Part shown: piece after piece, positions 36,343 through 46,761 of the stretch
Position numbering within the stretch: the first letter of the stretch is position 1
Layout: each line of letters starts with the position of its first letter
DNA from: Parcubacteria group bacterium Athens0714_12
GTDB taxonomy: Bacteria; Patescibacteriota; Patescibacteriia; UBA2591; VMGY01
NCBI GenBank assembly: GCA_007378955.1
Contig: VMGY01000007.1
Location: 8,644 to 72,643 of the forward strand
DNA: 64,000 nt
Direction: 5' to 3'
Position numbers and translations under genes: made by a program
Notes under the pieces: model-generated
What the model was told of the DNA's origin: nothing
Databases searched by the model: none
Seen by the model: the letters and a program-made list of their open reading frames with translations, nothing else

Positions 36343-36645
36343 ATGTCTATTCAACAAGTAATTAATAAAAAGAGACAAAAGATGGAAATAACGGCTTTAG
36401 TCGTTCTTTTGGTTGTAATTATTTTTTTTGTTTATAAAAATTTTTTAGAAAAAAATTTTGTTTATGAAAAAGCGGAAAAAATAGGATTTATTGAATCGCC
36501 GCAAACAGAGCTCTATCCGCCTTTTTCAATCAAGATTTCAGATGTTTTGAACAACTCTAAATTTAATAGCCTAAAAGTTTTTAGCCGGCTGATAGAAGAT
36601 TCGGGTTTAGCCGGCAACCCGAACCCTTTCGTGCCTTTTAAATAG
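36343..36645 (+). CDS. small membrane-anchored hypothetical protein (possible PilP-like)
   Basis: 100 aa, one TM helix, position between pilO and pilB. Confidence 0.35.
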   Translation: MSIQQVINKKRQKMEITALVVLLVVIIFFVYKNFLEKNFVYEKAEKIGFIESPQTELYPPFSIKISDVLNNSKFNSLKVFSRLIEDSGLAGNPNPFVPFK

Positions 36646-36656
36646 CAATATTATTT

Positions 36657-38393
36657 ATGATTAAAAGAGATTATCAAAATAAATTACTCAGTATTTTTTT
36701 GGAAGAAGGATTGCTTTCACCAGATCAAATAAATGAATTAAAGAAAGAATCTTTAAAAACCAAACAAAGCATCGAGGATTTAATTAAAACTAAAAAATTA
36801 ATAAAAGAGGATGAATTATTAATGGCAAAAAGCAAATTTTTTAACCTTCCGACAGTGGATCTTTCTAGGGAAATTATTAAAAAAGATGTTTTGGAAATTA
36901 TTCCCAAAGAATTAGCTGAAAATTATCAGATGATCGCTTTTGGTAAAATAGGAAATAAATTAAAGGTGGCAATTGAAGACCCTGATAATTTAAAAGCCAA
37001 AGAGGCAATAGAGTTTTTAGCGCGCAGTAAGGATTTAAAGGTAGAATATTATTTAGCCAGTAAAGAAGTATTATCCAATATTTTACAACGGCACGAAGAG
37101 TCAAAAAAAGAAATAGAAGAAGCTTTGTCAGTGGCCGAAGGCAAGGCAAAAGTTGTTTCAAGAACATCATTAAAGGAGAAAGGTTTTGAGGAAATAATAA
37201 AAGGCGCTCCCATTTCCAAAATAATAAGCGTAATTTTAAGGGACGCGGTGGAGGGGGGAGCTTCTGATGTGCATATTGAGCCAGAGGGAGAGGTAAGTCG
37301 GGTGAGATACAGGGTTGACGGAGTTTTGCGCGTGGTTCTTACCTTGCCTAAATATATACACAGTTCCCTTATTTCAAGAATTAAAGTTTTAGCTAATTTA
37401 AAATTAGATGAAACAAGAATTCCTCAAGATGGAAGAATCAGAGAAATATTTGATAACAAAATAATTGATTTTAGAGTTTCTACCTTTCCTTTATTGGATA
37501 ATGAAAAAGCGGTAATGAGAATTTTAAAAACCGGGGAAGCTCTTACTTTGGAAGAGCTTGGTTTTTGGGGCAAGGGATTGCAAGTAATCGAAAGAAATAT
37601 TCAGAGGCCTTCGGGATTGTTTTTGGTTACCGGGCCGACGGGCAGCGGGAAAACTACCAGCCTTTATTCTGTTTTAAATATACTTAATAAAGAAAGCATT
37701 AATATTATTACCTTGGAAGATCCAATAGAATATTATTTAGAAGGTGTTAATCAGTCGCAGGTAAGGCCGGAAATAGGATTTAATTTTGCTTCCGGCTTAA
37801 GGGCAATTTTGAGGCAAGACCCGAATGTCGTCATGGTGGGAGAAATCAGGGATTTTGAAACAGCGGAATTGGCTATTCACGCGGGTTTAACCGGTCATAT
37901 CGTTCTTTCAACTTTGCACACCAATGATACTTTCGGGGCCGTTCCTCGTTTGATTGATATGAAAATAGAGCCATTTTTAATCGCTTCCACTTTAAATATA
38001 ATAATCGCGCAAAGATTAGTAAGAAAAATTTGTCCTGATTGCAAAGAAGAAGATGTTTTGCCAAAGGGGGTAATAAAAGAAATTTACGCGGAAATAGAAA
38101 ATATTCCTAATTTAGAAAAATATTTGCCTCAAAAAACAGAAAAAATGAAATTTTACAAAGGCAAGGGATGCTCTAATTGTCAAAATAGAGGGTATCAAGG
38201 AAGAATAGCGATTACCGAAGTATTGGATATAACAGACGAGATGAAAGAAATTATTACCAACGGCTGTAAAATAGATGAAGTAAAAAAAGAATTCAAAAAT
38301 CAAGAAATGCTTTCTATGAAGCAAGACGGGATTATAAAAGCAATTAAAGGATTTACTTCTTTGGAAGAAATAATAACCGCGACAAGGACATAG
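36657..38393 (+). CDS. pilB: type IV pilus assembly ATPase PilB (GspE family)
   Basis: Walker A GPTGSGKT, Asp/His boxes, tetracysteine C..C...C..C, N-terminal GspE_N domain. Confidence 0.9.
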   Translation: MIKRDYQNKLLSIFLEEGLLSPDQINELKKESLKTKQSIEDLIKTKKLIKEDELLMAKSKFFNLPTVDLSREIIKKDVLEIIPKELAENYQMIAFGKIGNKLKVAIEDPDNLKAKEAIEFLARSKDLKVEYYLASKEVLSNILQRHEESKKEIEEALSVAEGKAKVVSRTSLKEKGFEEIIKGAPISKIISVILRDAVEGGASDVHIEPEGEVSRVRYRVDGVLRVVLTLPKYIHSSLISRIKVLANLKLDETRIPQDGRIREIFDNKIIDFRVSTFPLLDNEKAVMRILKTGEALTLEELGFWGKGLQVIERNIQRPSGLFLVTGPTGSGKTTSLYSVLNILNKESINIITLEDPIEYYLEGVNQSQVRPEIGFNFASGLRAILRQDPNVVMVGEIRDFETAELAIHAGLTGHIVLSTLHTNDTFGAVPRLIDMKIEPFLIASTLNIIIAQRLVRKICPDCKEEDVLPKGVIKEIYAEIENIPNLEKYLPQKTEKMKFYKGKGCSNCQNRGYQGRIAITEVLDITDEMKEIITNGCKIDEVKKEFKNQEMLSMKQDGIIKAIKGFTSLEEIITATRT

Positions 38394-38461
38394 AATAAGA
38401 AATTTCTAATGTTAAATTTCTAATTTCTAATAGAAGATATTAAAATTTAGGATTTTTAATT

Positions 38462-39661
38462 ATGATATTCCAACATAGGTCTAAAAATAAAATAGGAGAA
38501 GATTTTGGCGGATTGGTAGAAGCCTCTTCCATAGATGAAGCAAGCGATCTTTTAAGAGACCGAGGTTTAGTGGTCATTTTTTTAAAAGAGCAAGAATCAG
38601 CGAAATTAGGGCAATTAAAAGTTTTTACCAAAATAAAAAGCAAAGATTTGGTGATTTTTTTTAGGCAATTGTCAGTAATGATTTCATCCGCTTTTCCTAT
38701 AGTCCAAGCCTTGAGAATAGTCGGCAAACAAGTTGAAAATTCTAATTTGAAAATAATAATTTCTGAAATTGCCGATGAGGTTGAAGGAGGAAACAAACTT
38801 TCATCTTCTTTGGCCAAATATTCAAAGATTTTCAGTAATTTTTTTGTTAATATGATAAAAATAGGCGAAAGTTCCGGCAAATTAGATGAAATTCTTAATT
38901 ATTTGGCTGACCAGCAGGAAAAAGATTATGAATTAATGAGTAAGGTAAAAGGAGCAATGACTTATCCAATTTTTGTTTTGTCGGCATCCGTAGTCTTGGG
39001 AATTTTTATGATGACTTTTATGATCCCAAGATTATCAGGCATTTTAGAGGAAACTGGCGCTACGCTTCCTTTGCCTACAAGGATGTTAATTGGGGTAAGT
39101 AATATATTTACTAATTATGGGATAATTCTTTTTATGCTCGTTTTATTTTTCTTTATTTTTTTCAGGCTTTATTTAAAAACCCCCCAAGGAAAATACCAAT
39201 GGGATTATTTTAAGCTGAAAATTCCTGTTTTCGGAATCTTTTTTCAAAAAATTTGCTTAATCCGCTTTACGAGAAGTTTAAATACTTTAATTATCGGGGG
39301 CGTTCCTTTGACAAATAGTTTGGAAATAGTCAGCGAGGTGGTGGATAATAGCGTTTACAGAGATTTAATTAAAAAAACTATCAAAGAAGTGGAAGACGGC
39401 AATCCAATAGCCACTGTTTTTTTGCAAAACAAAACTATCCCCACGATGCTTTCGCAAATGTTGGACGCCGGGGAGCAAACAGGAAAATTAGATGTTGTCC
39501 TAAGCAAATTATCCAGTTTTTATGGGAGGGAAATAGATATTATGATTGATAATTTAATGACTCTTATTGAGCCGATTATTCTTATCGTGATGGGTATAGG
39601 CGTGGGCTTGATGGTGGCGGCGTTTATTTTGCCAATGTATAATTTAGCCGGCAGTTTTTGA
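38462..39661 (+). CDS. pilC: type IV pilus platform protein PilC (GspF family)
   Basis: 399 aa, two GspF-type repeats, 3 TM helices. Confidence 0.85.
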   Translation: MIFQHRSKNKIGEDFGGLVEASSIDEASDLLRDRGLVVIFLKEQESAKLGQLKVFTKIKSKDLVIFFRQLSVMISSAFPIVQALRIVGKQVENSNLKIIISEIADEVEGGNKLSSSLAKYSKIFSNFFVNMIKIGESSGKLDEILNYLADQQEKDYELMSKVKGAMTYPIFVLSASVVLGIFMMTFMIPRLSGILEETGATLPLPTRMLIGVSNIFTNYGIILFMLVLFFFIFFRLYLKTPQGKYQWDYFKLKIPVFGIFFQKICLIRFTRSLNTLIIGGVPLTNSLEIVSEVVDNSVYRDLIKKTIKEVEDGNPIATVFLQNKTIPTMLSQMLDAGEQTGKLDVVLSKLSSFYGREIDIMIDNLMTLIEPIILIVMGIGVGLMVAAFILPMYNLAGSF

Positions 39662-39803
39662 TTCATTTATTTTATTTTTTAGCTGTGGATAACTAAAAGG
39701 TTTTAAAATAATGTTTTTTATTGTATAATAAAGATAATAATTAATATTCGCGATAATAAGAATACATTAATTCGCGATCAAGGAGAGGGGGTGAAAAAAA
39801 TAA

Positions 39804-40259
39804 ATGAAAAGAAAAGGTTTTACGTTAATTGAGTTATTGGTGGTTATCGCTATCATTGGCTTGCTTTCCACTTTAGCAGTCACTGCTTTAGGCGGAGCAA
39901 GAAAGAAAGCGAGAGACGCCAGAAGATTGTCTGATATTAAGCAGATTCAAACAGCCTTGGAAATGTACGCGTCAGATTCAGGAACTTATCCGATCACGGC
40001 TGGCGGCATCACTTACACAGACATAGGTGTAACTGGAGGAAGTCTTGTCTGTTTGAGCAGCGGCGGTTTCGGAGCAACGGGTTGCGCGAATGCTTATATG
40101 GCAAAAATCCCCGCGGGTCCCAATACCAGTGAATATTATAAATATTCAGCAGCGGCAGCCAGCACTACTTATAATATCCGCTACACCTTAGAGCAAGCCG
40201 TAGGAGACATCACGGAAGGCATGCATTATGCCAATCCCGGAGGCGTTGCTAATCCATAA
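39804..40259 (+). CDS. pilA: type IV major pilin (prepilin with class III signal peptide)
   Basis: MKRKGFTLIELLVVIAIIG prepilin cleavage/methylation motif; strong RBS gagagggggtg. Confidence 0.88.
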   Translation: MKRKGFTLIELLVVIAIIGLLSTLAVTALGGARKKARDARRLSDIKQIQTALEMYASDSGTYPITAGGITYTDIGVTGGSLVCLSSGGFGATGCANAYMAKIPAGPNTSEYYKYSAAAASTTYNIRYTLEQAVGDITEGMHYANPGGVANP

Positions 40260-40358
40260 TAACATTTAAGTCCTAGGCCTTAGGTGTTTTAATCCCCATT
40301 GTTCTCTATAAGCAATGGGGATTTGCTTTGTTTTTCCAAGATAGCATATAATTAAAAT

Positions 40359-42551
40359 ATGCGGGAAAGAATAGAAAAATATATTGAAATAATTTTAGAA
40401 GTTTTTTGGCTTCTAATTATTTTTTTGATTCCCATTTATTTTAACTGGTATCATAGTTATTCTGTTTTTGAGCTGGGCAAAATCGTTGTTTTCAGGGTCT
40501 TGGTTGAAATAATGCTTTTGTTTTTTTTGCTTAAAATTTTGTTTTTTAAATTAAAAACAAAGGTATATTTCAAAAAACTTTTACCATTTTTTGCCTTTTT
40601 TTTAGTTGTTTCTTTGGCTACTTTTTTCTCTTCGCATTTTTATATCAGCTTCTGGGGCTCTTTTTTTAGATATTTGGGGCTTTTTAGCTTATTCCATTAT
40701 TTTATTTTTTTCTTAATTTTAGTTTTTTGTTTAAAAACAGAAGCGCAGATAAAAAGAATTATTTTAGCTGTTTTATTTTCTTCTTTGGTTGTTTGTTTAT
40801 ACGCTTGTTTGCAAATATTCGGATTAGACCTTTTTTCTTGGTCAGAAGAAGGTTTGCGCGCGACTTCTACTTTCGGCCAGCCGAATTTTTTAGGAAGTTT
40901 TTTAATTTTAGTTTTTCCTTTAACGATTGCCGGCTTTAAGTTTTGGCAATCTTCCCTAATGAGGCTTTTTTTGATTGTCAGCGGCTTGCTGCAAATTTTT
41001 GTTTTGATTTTTACTTTCAGCCGAAGTTCTTGGCTGGGTTTTCTGGGTGCTATTTTTTTTCTCCTCGCCTTTTATTTTTATTTGGCGGGAAAAAGAAAAT
41101 CGCGCCTTTTAATTTATTTAATAATATTTTTAAGTTTATTGGCGTCAATTTTTTTAATTTCCAATAATTATTTAGTTAATTCAGACAATCTTTTTTTTAG
41201 CAGGATTGCCTCTGTTGTTGATTTTAACGCCCCGACGGCGAAAATAAGGTTATTGTATTGGAAAGCGGCCCCGCAAATTATAAAGGAATGGCCGGTTTTG
41301 GGATATGGGCCAGACACTCAAATTTTTCCTTTTGTTGAGCATTATTCGCCAGAAGCTTCTATTTATGAAGCGATAAATTCCCATCCGGACAGGGCGCATA
41401 ATGAAATTTTGGATATTTTGATCACCACCGGCATTTTAGGTTTAATAAGCTATCTTTTTTTGATTGGCGGTATTTTTTATCAAGGCTTGAAGAAAAAATC
41501 GTTTTTTGCCGCGATTCTGCTTTCTGCTCTTTTTGGACATTTTATCGCCAACCAATTTGGCTTTTTTACCATCGCGGATTTGCTTTATTTCTGGTTGATT
41601 TTAGCTTTGATTACGATTATAGTTAATAAAGATAATCAAGAGAAAGAATACCGATTGAATTTTAGTTTAATTTCCAAATTATTGATTTTATCCGCTTTTT
41701 TGGGCGCTTCTTTTATTTTAATTAAGTATAAAAATATAAATTTACTGATTGCGGATTATCATTTTTATCAAAGCAGAAAAGAGGTTAGAGACAAGGAATT
41801 AGTAAAACTTTTAGACCGATATGAAGAAATATATAAATATAATTTTTACGAATCTTATTATTACCGCCAGGAAGCGGAAGATGTTTTAAATTTAACGGCT
41901 AAATTTAAAGACAAGAATTTAAAAAAAGACATTTTAGAAATTGTTTTTAAAAATTTTAATGATATACCCGAAGATACGCAAGCAATTGAGTTTTTGCTTT
42001 TAAAAGGGCAATTATTATCTGCCTATGGAGAAATAGAGCCGGCTAAATTTGAGGAAGCGGAAGAAGTGTTTTTAAAGCTTTCGCAAACAGCGCCGCGAAT
42101 GGCGGTCATTTACAATGATTGGGGAAGGATGTATTTATTGAAAAAAGATTATGAAAAAGCGATAGAAAAGCTGGAAAAAGCATTAATTTTATACCCGATA
42201 AATCATCCTGACATAGATTGCTGCAACCGCAGGTCGCAGATTGAAAAAGAAATGAGCGTGGTTTATCATAATTTAGGCGATGTTTATTTTTTTCAGAAAG
42301 ATTACCAAAAAGCGATAGAAAATTATGAATCAGGGCTTAAATTACAACCTCTTGAACCTTTATTTCATAAAAAACTGGCCGACGTTTATTATTTGGAAGG
42401 AAATTTAGAGCAAGCAATCAAAGAAAATTTGAACGGTTTGAGATTGGAGCCGAAAAATAAAGATTGGTATGAAAATTTGATTTTGCTTTATCAAGAAAAA
42501 AAAGATTTAAAGAAAGTTAAAGAATACCAAGATAAAATTTCAAAGTTATGA
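40359..42551 (+). CDS. O-antigen ligase (Wzy_C) family membrane protein with C-terminal TPR repeats; candidate pilin O-oligosaccharyltransferase (TfpO/PglL-like) by position
   Basis: 12 or more TM helices, Wzy_C-type loop, TPR region after residue 480; immediately downstream of pilA. Confidence 0.55.
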   Translation: MRERIEKYIEIILEVFWLLIIFLIPIYFNWYHSYSVFELGKIVVFRVLVEIMLLFFLLKILFFKLKTKVYFKKLLPFFAFFLVVSLATFFSSHFYISFWGSFFRYLGLFSLFHYFIFFLILVFCLKTEAQIKRIILAVLFSSLVVCLYACLQIFGLDLFSWSEEGLRATSTFGQPNFLGSFLILVFPLTIAGFKFWQSSLMRLFLIVSGLLQIFVLIFTFSRSSWLGFLGAIFFLLAFYFYLAGKRKSRLLIYLIIFLSLLASIFLISNNYLVNSDNLFFSRIASVVDFNAPTAKIRLLYWKAAPQIIKEWPVLGYGPDTQIFPFVEHYSPEASIYEAINSHPDRAHNEILDILITTGILGLISYLFLIGGIFYQGLKKKSFFAAILLSALFGHFIANQFGFFTIADLLYFWLILALITIIVNKDNQEKEYRLNFSLISKLLILSAFLGASFILIKYKNINLLIADYHFYQSRKEVRDKELVKLLDRYEEIYKYNFYESYYYRQEAEDVLNLTAKFKDKNLKKDILEIVFKNFNDIPEDTQAIEFLLLKGQLLSAYGEIEPAKFEEAEEVFLKLSQTAPRMAVIYNDWGRMYLLKKDYEKAIEKLEKALILYPINHPDIDCCNRRSQIEKEMSVVYHNLGDVYFFQKDYQKAIENYESGLKLQPLEPLFHKKLADVYYLEGNLEQAIKENLNGLRLEPKNKDWYENLILLYQEKKDLKKVKEYQDKISKL

Positions 42552-43426
42552 TTAGTTATCTTATAAATTTTTTAAAAGTAAAATTGCATAAATTAAAAAG
42601 GATGCTTTCTTTGCCGAGGGAATGGCTTGTTTTAGATATTGGGAGCGGCAATGGTCCTTTTCCGAGAGCGGACGTTTTGTGCGATAAATACATTGAAGAT
42701 ACGCAAAGGGTTGATAAATTAGTTATTGACCGGCCGTTTGTCATTGGGGACATAAACGCTTTGCCTTTTTTGGATAATAGTTTTGATTTTATATTTTGTT
42801 CGCATATATTGGAGCATACGGATAATCCGGAAATAGCCATAAAAGAACTTATGAGAGTGGGGAAAAGAGGATATATTGAAGCACCGACCGAATTCCAGGA
42901 AAAAATGCAAAGCACTTTTTCGCATAAATGGCTTATCAAAAAAGAGGGAGAAGCTCTCATTTTTTGGGAAAAAGAAAAAGAGATCTTTGATGAATGCCTT
43001 CAGAAAAATATTAGAAATTTAATAGATAAAAACGACAAAGCGTATTTAACTTTTTTTTATAGACATCATAATTTATTTAACATAGAGCATTATTGGGAAA
43101 AAGAAATAAAATTTAAAGTTTTGAGGCGAAATATTGACACAAAAGATGATATAAAAGAATCTGTATTTTCTCGCCAACAACTTCTGGCGCAGATAGATAA
43201 AAATAGCTCTAAAATTCCTTTTGGTTTTAGGCGTTTTTTAAAATTTATGATAAAAATTATTTTTACTAAAGGGAAAAATATTGATTTATTACAACTTTTA
43301 GCTTGCCCAAAGTGTAAAAATAAAATGAGTCTTTTAGAAAAAGACGTATTAGCATGCAGCTCTTGTGATAGTAAATTTTTAATTCATAAAAATATACCAA
43401 TTATGCTAAAAGAATATATTTTATGA
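42548..43426 (+). CDS. class I SAM-dependent methyltransferase with C-terminal Trm112-like zinc ribbon
   Basis: LDIGSGNGPF motif; C-terminal CPKC...CSSC. Confidence 0.6.
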   Translation: MISYLINFLKVKLHKLKRMLSLPREWLVLDIGSGNGPFPRADVLCDKYIEDTQRVDKLVIDRPFVIGDINALPFLDNSFDFIFCSHILEHTDNPEIAIKELMRVGKRGYIEAPTEFQEKMQSTFSHKWLIKKEGEALIFWEKEKEIFDECLQKNIRNLIDKNDKAYLTFFYRHHNLFNIEHYWEKEIKFKVLRRNIDTKDDIKESVFSRQQLLAQIDKNSSKIPFGFRRFLKFMIKIIFTKGKNIDLLQLLACPKCKNKMSLLEKDVLACSSCDSKFLIHKNIPIMLKEYIL

Positions 43427-44316
43427 CCGGTATCAGACTTTCTATAATAATCGTAAATTATAATACAGACACGCTTTTGAAAGATTGCTTGAATTCTATT
43501 TTTCAATATCCGCCGAAAAAGCAGTTTGAAATAATAGTTATAGACAATGGTTCCACGGATGATAGTGTTATAATGCTCGAAAAAGATTTCTCTAATATTC
43601 AATTGATAAAAAATAATTCTAATCTTGGGTTTGCCAAAGCAAATAATATAGGAATAAAATTAAGCCAAGGCGACTATGTTCTTCTTTTAAATAGCGATAC
43701 CTTAATTTTGCCTGAATCCCTTAATAAAATAATAAATTATATGGACTCTCATTTGTCGGTGGGAATATTGGGTCCAAGATTGACAGGGTTGAATGGAGAA
43801 ACTTTGCAGATGTCTTGGTGCGGAGCGCCCATTTCTTTAAGCGGGGAGATTGTTATAAAACTTTTTTCGCCAAAATATATTTCTAAATACAGGTTCGCGC
43901 GTTTTATAGTAGATTATATCCAAAGACGAGAAAGGAAAGTCATGCATATTGCGGGAGCTAGTATGATAATCAGAAAAAAAGTTTTTAAAGATATTGGCTT
44001 GCTTGATGAGAATTTTTTTCTTTTTTTCGAGGAACCTGATTTTTGTTGGCGAGCGCGAAAAAAATGTTGGGATGTAGTTTTTAATCCAGACATTAAAGTT
44101 ATTCATAAATTAGGTTCATCAACGAAAAAATTGGGCAGTTCAGTTATGATACATTATAGAAAGAGTCAACTTTATTTTTACAAAAAACACCATTCAAAAT
44201 ATCAACAAAATTGCTTAAGATTATATTTACTGATTAAGTTTCACGCCTTAAAAATTTTACATCAAAAAAACGCGGAAATTTATAATCAACTAATTAAATT
44301 AGTGAAAGAGTCATAA
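43423..44316 (+). CDS. family 2 glycosyltransferase
   Basis: LSIIIVNYNT...DNGSTDDS, DxD, GT2 fold motifs. Confidence 0.8.
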   Translation: MTGIRLSIIIVNYNTDTLLKDCLNSIFQYPPKKQFEIIVIDNGSTDDSVIMLEKDFSNIQLIKNNSNLGFAKANNIGIKLSQGDYVLLLNSDTLILPESLNKIINYMDSHLSVGILGPRLTGLNGETLQMSWCGAPISLSGEIVIKLFSPKYISKYRFARFIVDYIQRRERKVMHIAGASMIIRKKVFKDIGLLDENFFLFFEEPDFCWRARKKCWDVVFNPDIKVIHKLGSSTKKLGSSVMIHYRKSQLYFYKKHHSKYQQNCLRLYLLIKFHALKILHQKNAEIYNQLIKLVKES

Positions 44317-44498
44317 AATAAAGCCAATTTATTTTTTTAAAGGAATTCAGCATCCAATGAGGTTTTGATAATAATATTATTTTTGGCGGAACGAGGCGCG
44401 TCAAAAAATGTATGAAAATTTTTGTAATAAGTTTATAATTAATAATAAAAAGAGCGGTTGTCAGATGTTGGCGACTGCGCGGGATATTTTAAAAAGCA

Positions 44499-45293
44499 AT
44501 GAAAATAACAAGCGAGCAAATAAAAAAAATTAGAAAAATTAGTTTTGGAAAGAAATTGCCGTTAAATAGCAAGCTGTTGGAAATAGCGGATAATGTTGAT
44601 AGCCATTTTTTTTTAAAAAATCCGGCGGGACAAAATATTTTTATATATTTAATTGAGTACGTGAAAAATTTTTCTGAATACTGGTTTGATAAAAATTTAG
44701 GCCAGCTAAAAATATTGGATTGGGGATGCGGCAAGGGACAAGTTTCATTTCTCCTTAAAGAAAATGGCGCCAAGGCGGTTAGCTGCGACATAAAAATAGA
44801 GACAGATGATTCATCGTTTGGGCAAGAAACGCCAATTATAAAGAAAGCCGGCATTGAAGTAATTCCATTAAAACATGAATATGTTCTGCCTTTTCAGCGC
44901 GAGGAATTTGATGTCGTATTAAGTTTCGGGGTTTTGGAACATACTTCCAATGATCTCGAGTCATTGAAAGAAATTAATAGAATTTTGAAGCCCTCGGGAT
45001 TGTTTTTCTGTTTCAATCTCCCTTATTTTTTATCATGGACGCAAAGATTATCGCATCTTTTGGGTAATTTTTATCATCATAGATTATATAGTAAAAAATT
45101 AACCAAAAATCTTCTTAATAAAAGCGGTTTTAATTTAATTGATATATGGCGCAGGCAGCTTTTTCCTAAAAACACGGTAAAATATCCCGAATATCATCTA
45201 TTTGAGAGTTTAGATCAATTTTTAACCAATTATACTTTCTTAAAATATTTTGCCACGAATATAGAATTTGTGGCTGAAAAAAGATATTTTTAA
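44499..45293 (+). CDS. class I SAM-dependent methyltransferase
   Basis: ILDWGCGKGQVS SAM-binding motif. Confidence 0.65.
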   Translation: MKITSEQIKKIRKISFGKKLPLNSKLLEIADNVDSHFFLKNPAGQNIFIYLIEYVKNFSEYWFDKNLGQLKILDWGCGKGQVSFLLKENGAKAVSCDIKIETDDSSFGQETPIIKKAGIEVIPLKHEYVLPFQREEFDVVLSFGVLEHTSNDLESLKEINRILKPSGLFFCFNLPYFLSWTQRLSHLLGNFYHHRLYSKKLTKNLLNKSGFNLIDIWRRQLFPKNTVKYPEYHLFESLDQFLTNYTFLKYFATNIEFVAEKRYF

Positions 45294-45296
45294 AAA

Positions 45297-46130
45297 ATGA
45301 TTTTTATAATTTTTATTTTTGGTTTAATGGCGGGCAGTTTTATCAACTGTATCCTTTATCGCCTTGAACAGAACCAGTCTTTTATTAAAGGCCGTTCTTA
45401 TTGCCCTCATTGCAAGCATCAATTGGGTTTTTGGGATTTGATTCCGATTTTCAGCTTTATTTTTTTAAAAGCCAAATGCCGCTATTGCCAGAAAAAAATT
45501 TCCTGGCAATATCCCTTAATAGAAATTATTACCGGCATAATTTTTATTTTTGTTTATTTAGAGACTAAAGTCTCTATTCCTTTTATAGGCGAGATGATTA
45601 TATCCAAGGGAATAGAGGCTTTAGCCTCTTTTAATTATTTAATTTTATTCCGGAATTTATTTTTTAGCGCGGTTTTGATTATAATTTTTGTTTATGACCT
45701 AAAACATCAGCTTGTTTCTGAGAAAATTGTTATTCCGGCAATAATTATTGCCTTGACATTTAATTTTTTTATGAAAATCAGCCCCATAGGAATCCCTGCG
45801 GGATCTTACGGGGTGAACTGGCTTGATTTGCTTTTAGGAGTTATAATAGGAAGTAGTTTCTTTTTATCGCAATATTTAATTTCCAAAGGCAGATGGATCG
45901 GTTTTGGCGATGTTTATCTCGGTTTTATGATGGGCGCGATGCTTGGCTGGCAAAAAGTGATTTTGGCGATTATTTTAGCTTATTTTATTGGCGCGATGAT
46001 CGCTGTAATTTTAATTATTCTTAAAAAAGAATCTTGGAAAAGCAAAATTGCCCTAGGCCCATTTCTGATGATAGGAACATTTATCGCCTTGCTGTATGGA
46101 AATAAAATTTTAGAATGGTATTTGGGATAA
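45297..46130 (+). CDS. pilD: prepilin peptidase PilD (A24 family)
   Basis: N-terminal zinc motif CPHC...C..C, 8 TM helices, catalytic Asp motifs. Confidence 0.85.
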   Translation: MIFIIFIFGLMAGSFINCILYRLEQNQSFIKGRSYCPHCKHQLGFWDLIPIFSFIFLKAKCRYCQKKISWQYPLIEIITGIIFIFVYLETKVSIPFIGEMIISKGIEALASFNYLILFRNLFFSAVLIIIFVYDLKHQLVSEKIVIPAIIIALTFNFFMKISPIGIPAGSYGVNWLDLLLGVIIGSSFFLSQYLISKGRWIGFGDVYLGFMMGAMLGWQKVILAIILAYFIGAMIAVILIILKKESWKSKIALGPFLMIGTFIALLYGNKILEWYLG

Positions 46131-46201
46131 AATTTAAATTTTATTTATCATTTGTTTTTAATAATTAAACATAGTCTTAAATTTGAAAATAGAAAAATAA
46201 C

Positions 46202-46714
46202 ATGGAGCAAGATATCAACATCGCAATAAAAAAAGGCTTCACTTTGATTGAATTAATAGTAACAATATCTATTATGACCCTTTTGATTACTTTGTCGATG
46301 GCTAATTATAAAGAAGAGGGAGTTAAAAATGATGTAAATTTTCAAGCTCAAAAATTTTCCGGCGTCTTGAAAGAAGCGCAAATAATGGCTTTAACGGGAG
46401 AAAAAGTGGATGGTTCGCGTCCCGCAAGTTATGGGGTTTATATTTTAGATTTTAATACATATATACTTTTCGCCGATAAAGACGGCAGTTATAGCAGAAA
46501 TGTTGGCGATAAAGACATTAAATCATTTGATTTGCCAAGAGGCGTCAATATTGATTCCATTGGAGAGGACGCGGTTTTTATACCGCCAAGCGCGGATATT
46601 TATATCGGCCCGGCATTAACAACCCATACTTTTAAATTTAATTTTAATGCTCGATGCCGAATGGTTTATATTAATTCTATAAGCGGAAGAATTGACATAG
46701 AAAATTGCCCATAA
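46202..46714 (+). CDS. minor pilin / pseudopilin (prepilin-type N-terminus)
   Basis: KKGFTLIELIVTISIMTLL. Confidence 0.7.
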   Translation: MEQDINIAIKKGFTLIELIVTISIMTLLITLSMANYKEEGVKNDVNFQAQKFSGVLKEAQIMALTGEKVDGSRPASYGVYILDFNTYILFADKDGSYSRNVGDKDIKSFDLPRGVNIDSIGEDAVFIPPSADIYIGPALTTHTFKFNFNARCRMVYINSISGRIDIENCP

Positions 46715-46761
46715 ATAATTGGTTTATAATTTTTAAATATTGTGTTAAAATTTATAAAGAT

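Noticed and set aside
40727-41167. Small plus-strand ORFs in alternative frames inside the Wzy_C/TPR gene, and similar shadow ORFs elsewhere (e.g. 4200-4433, 8536-8859, 15087-15533, 42556-42960)
   Set aside because: They overlap longer ORFs that have coherent domain architecture, and they have no independent support.
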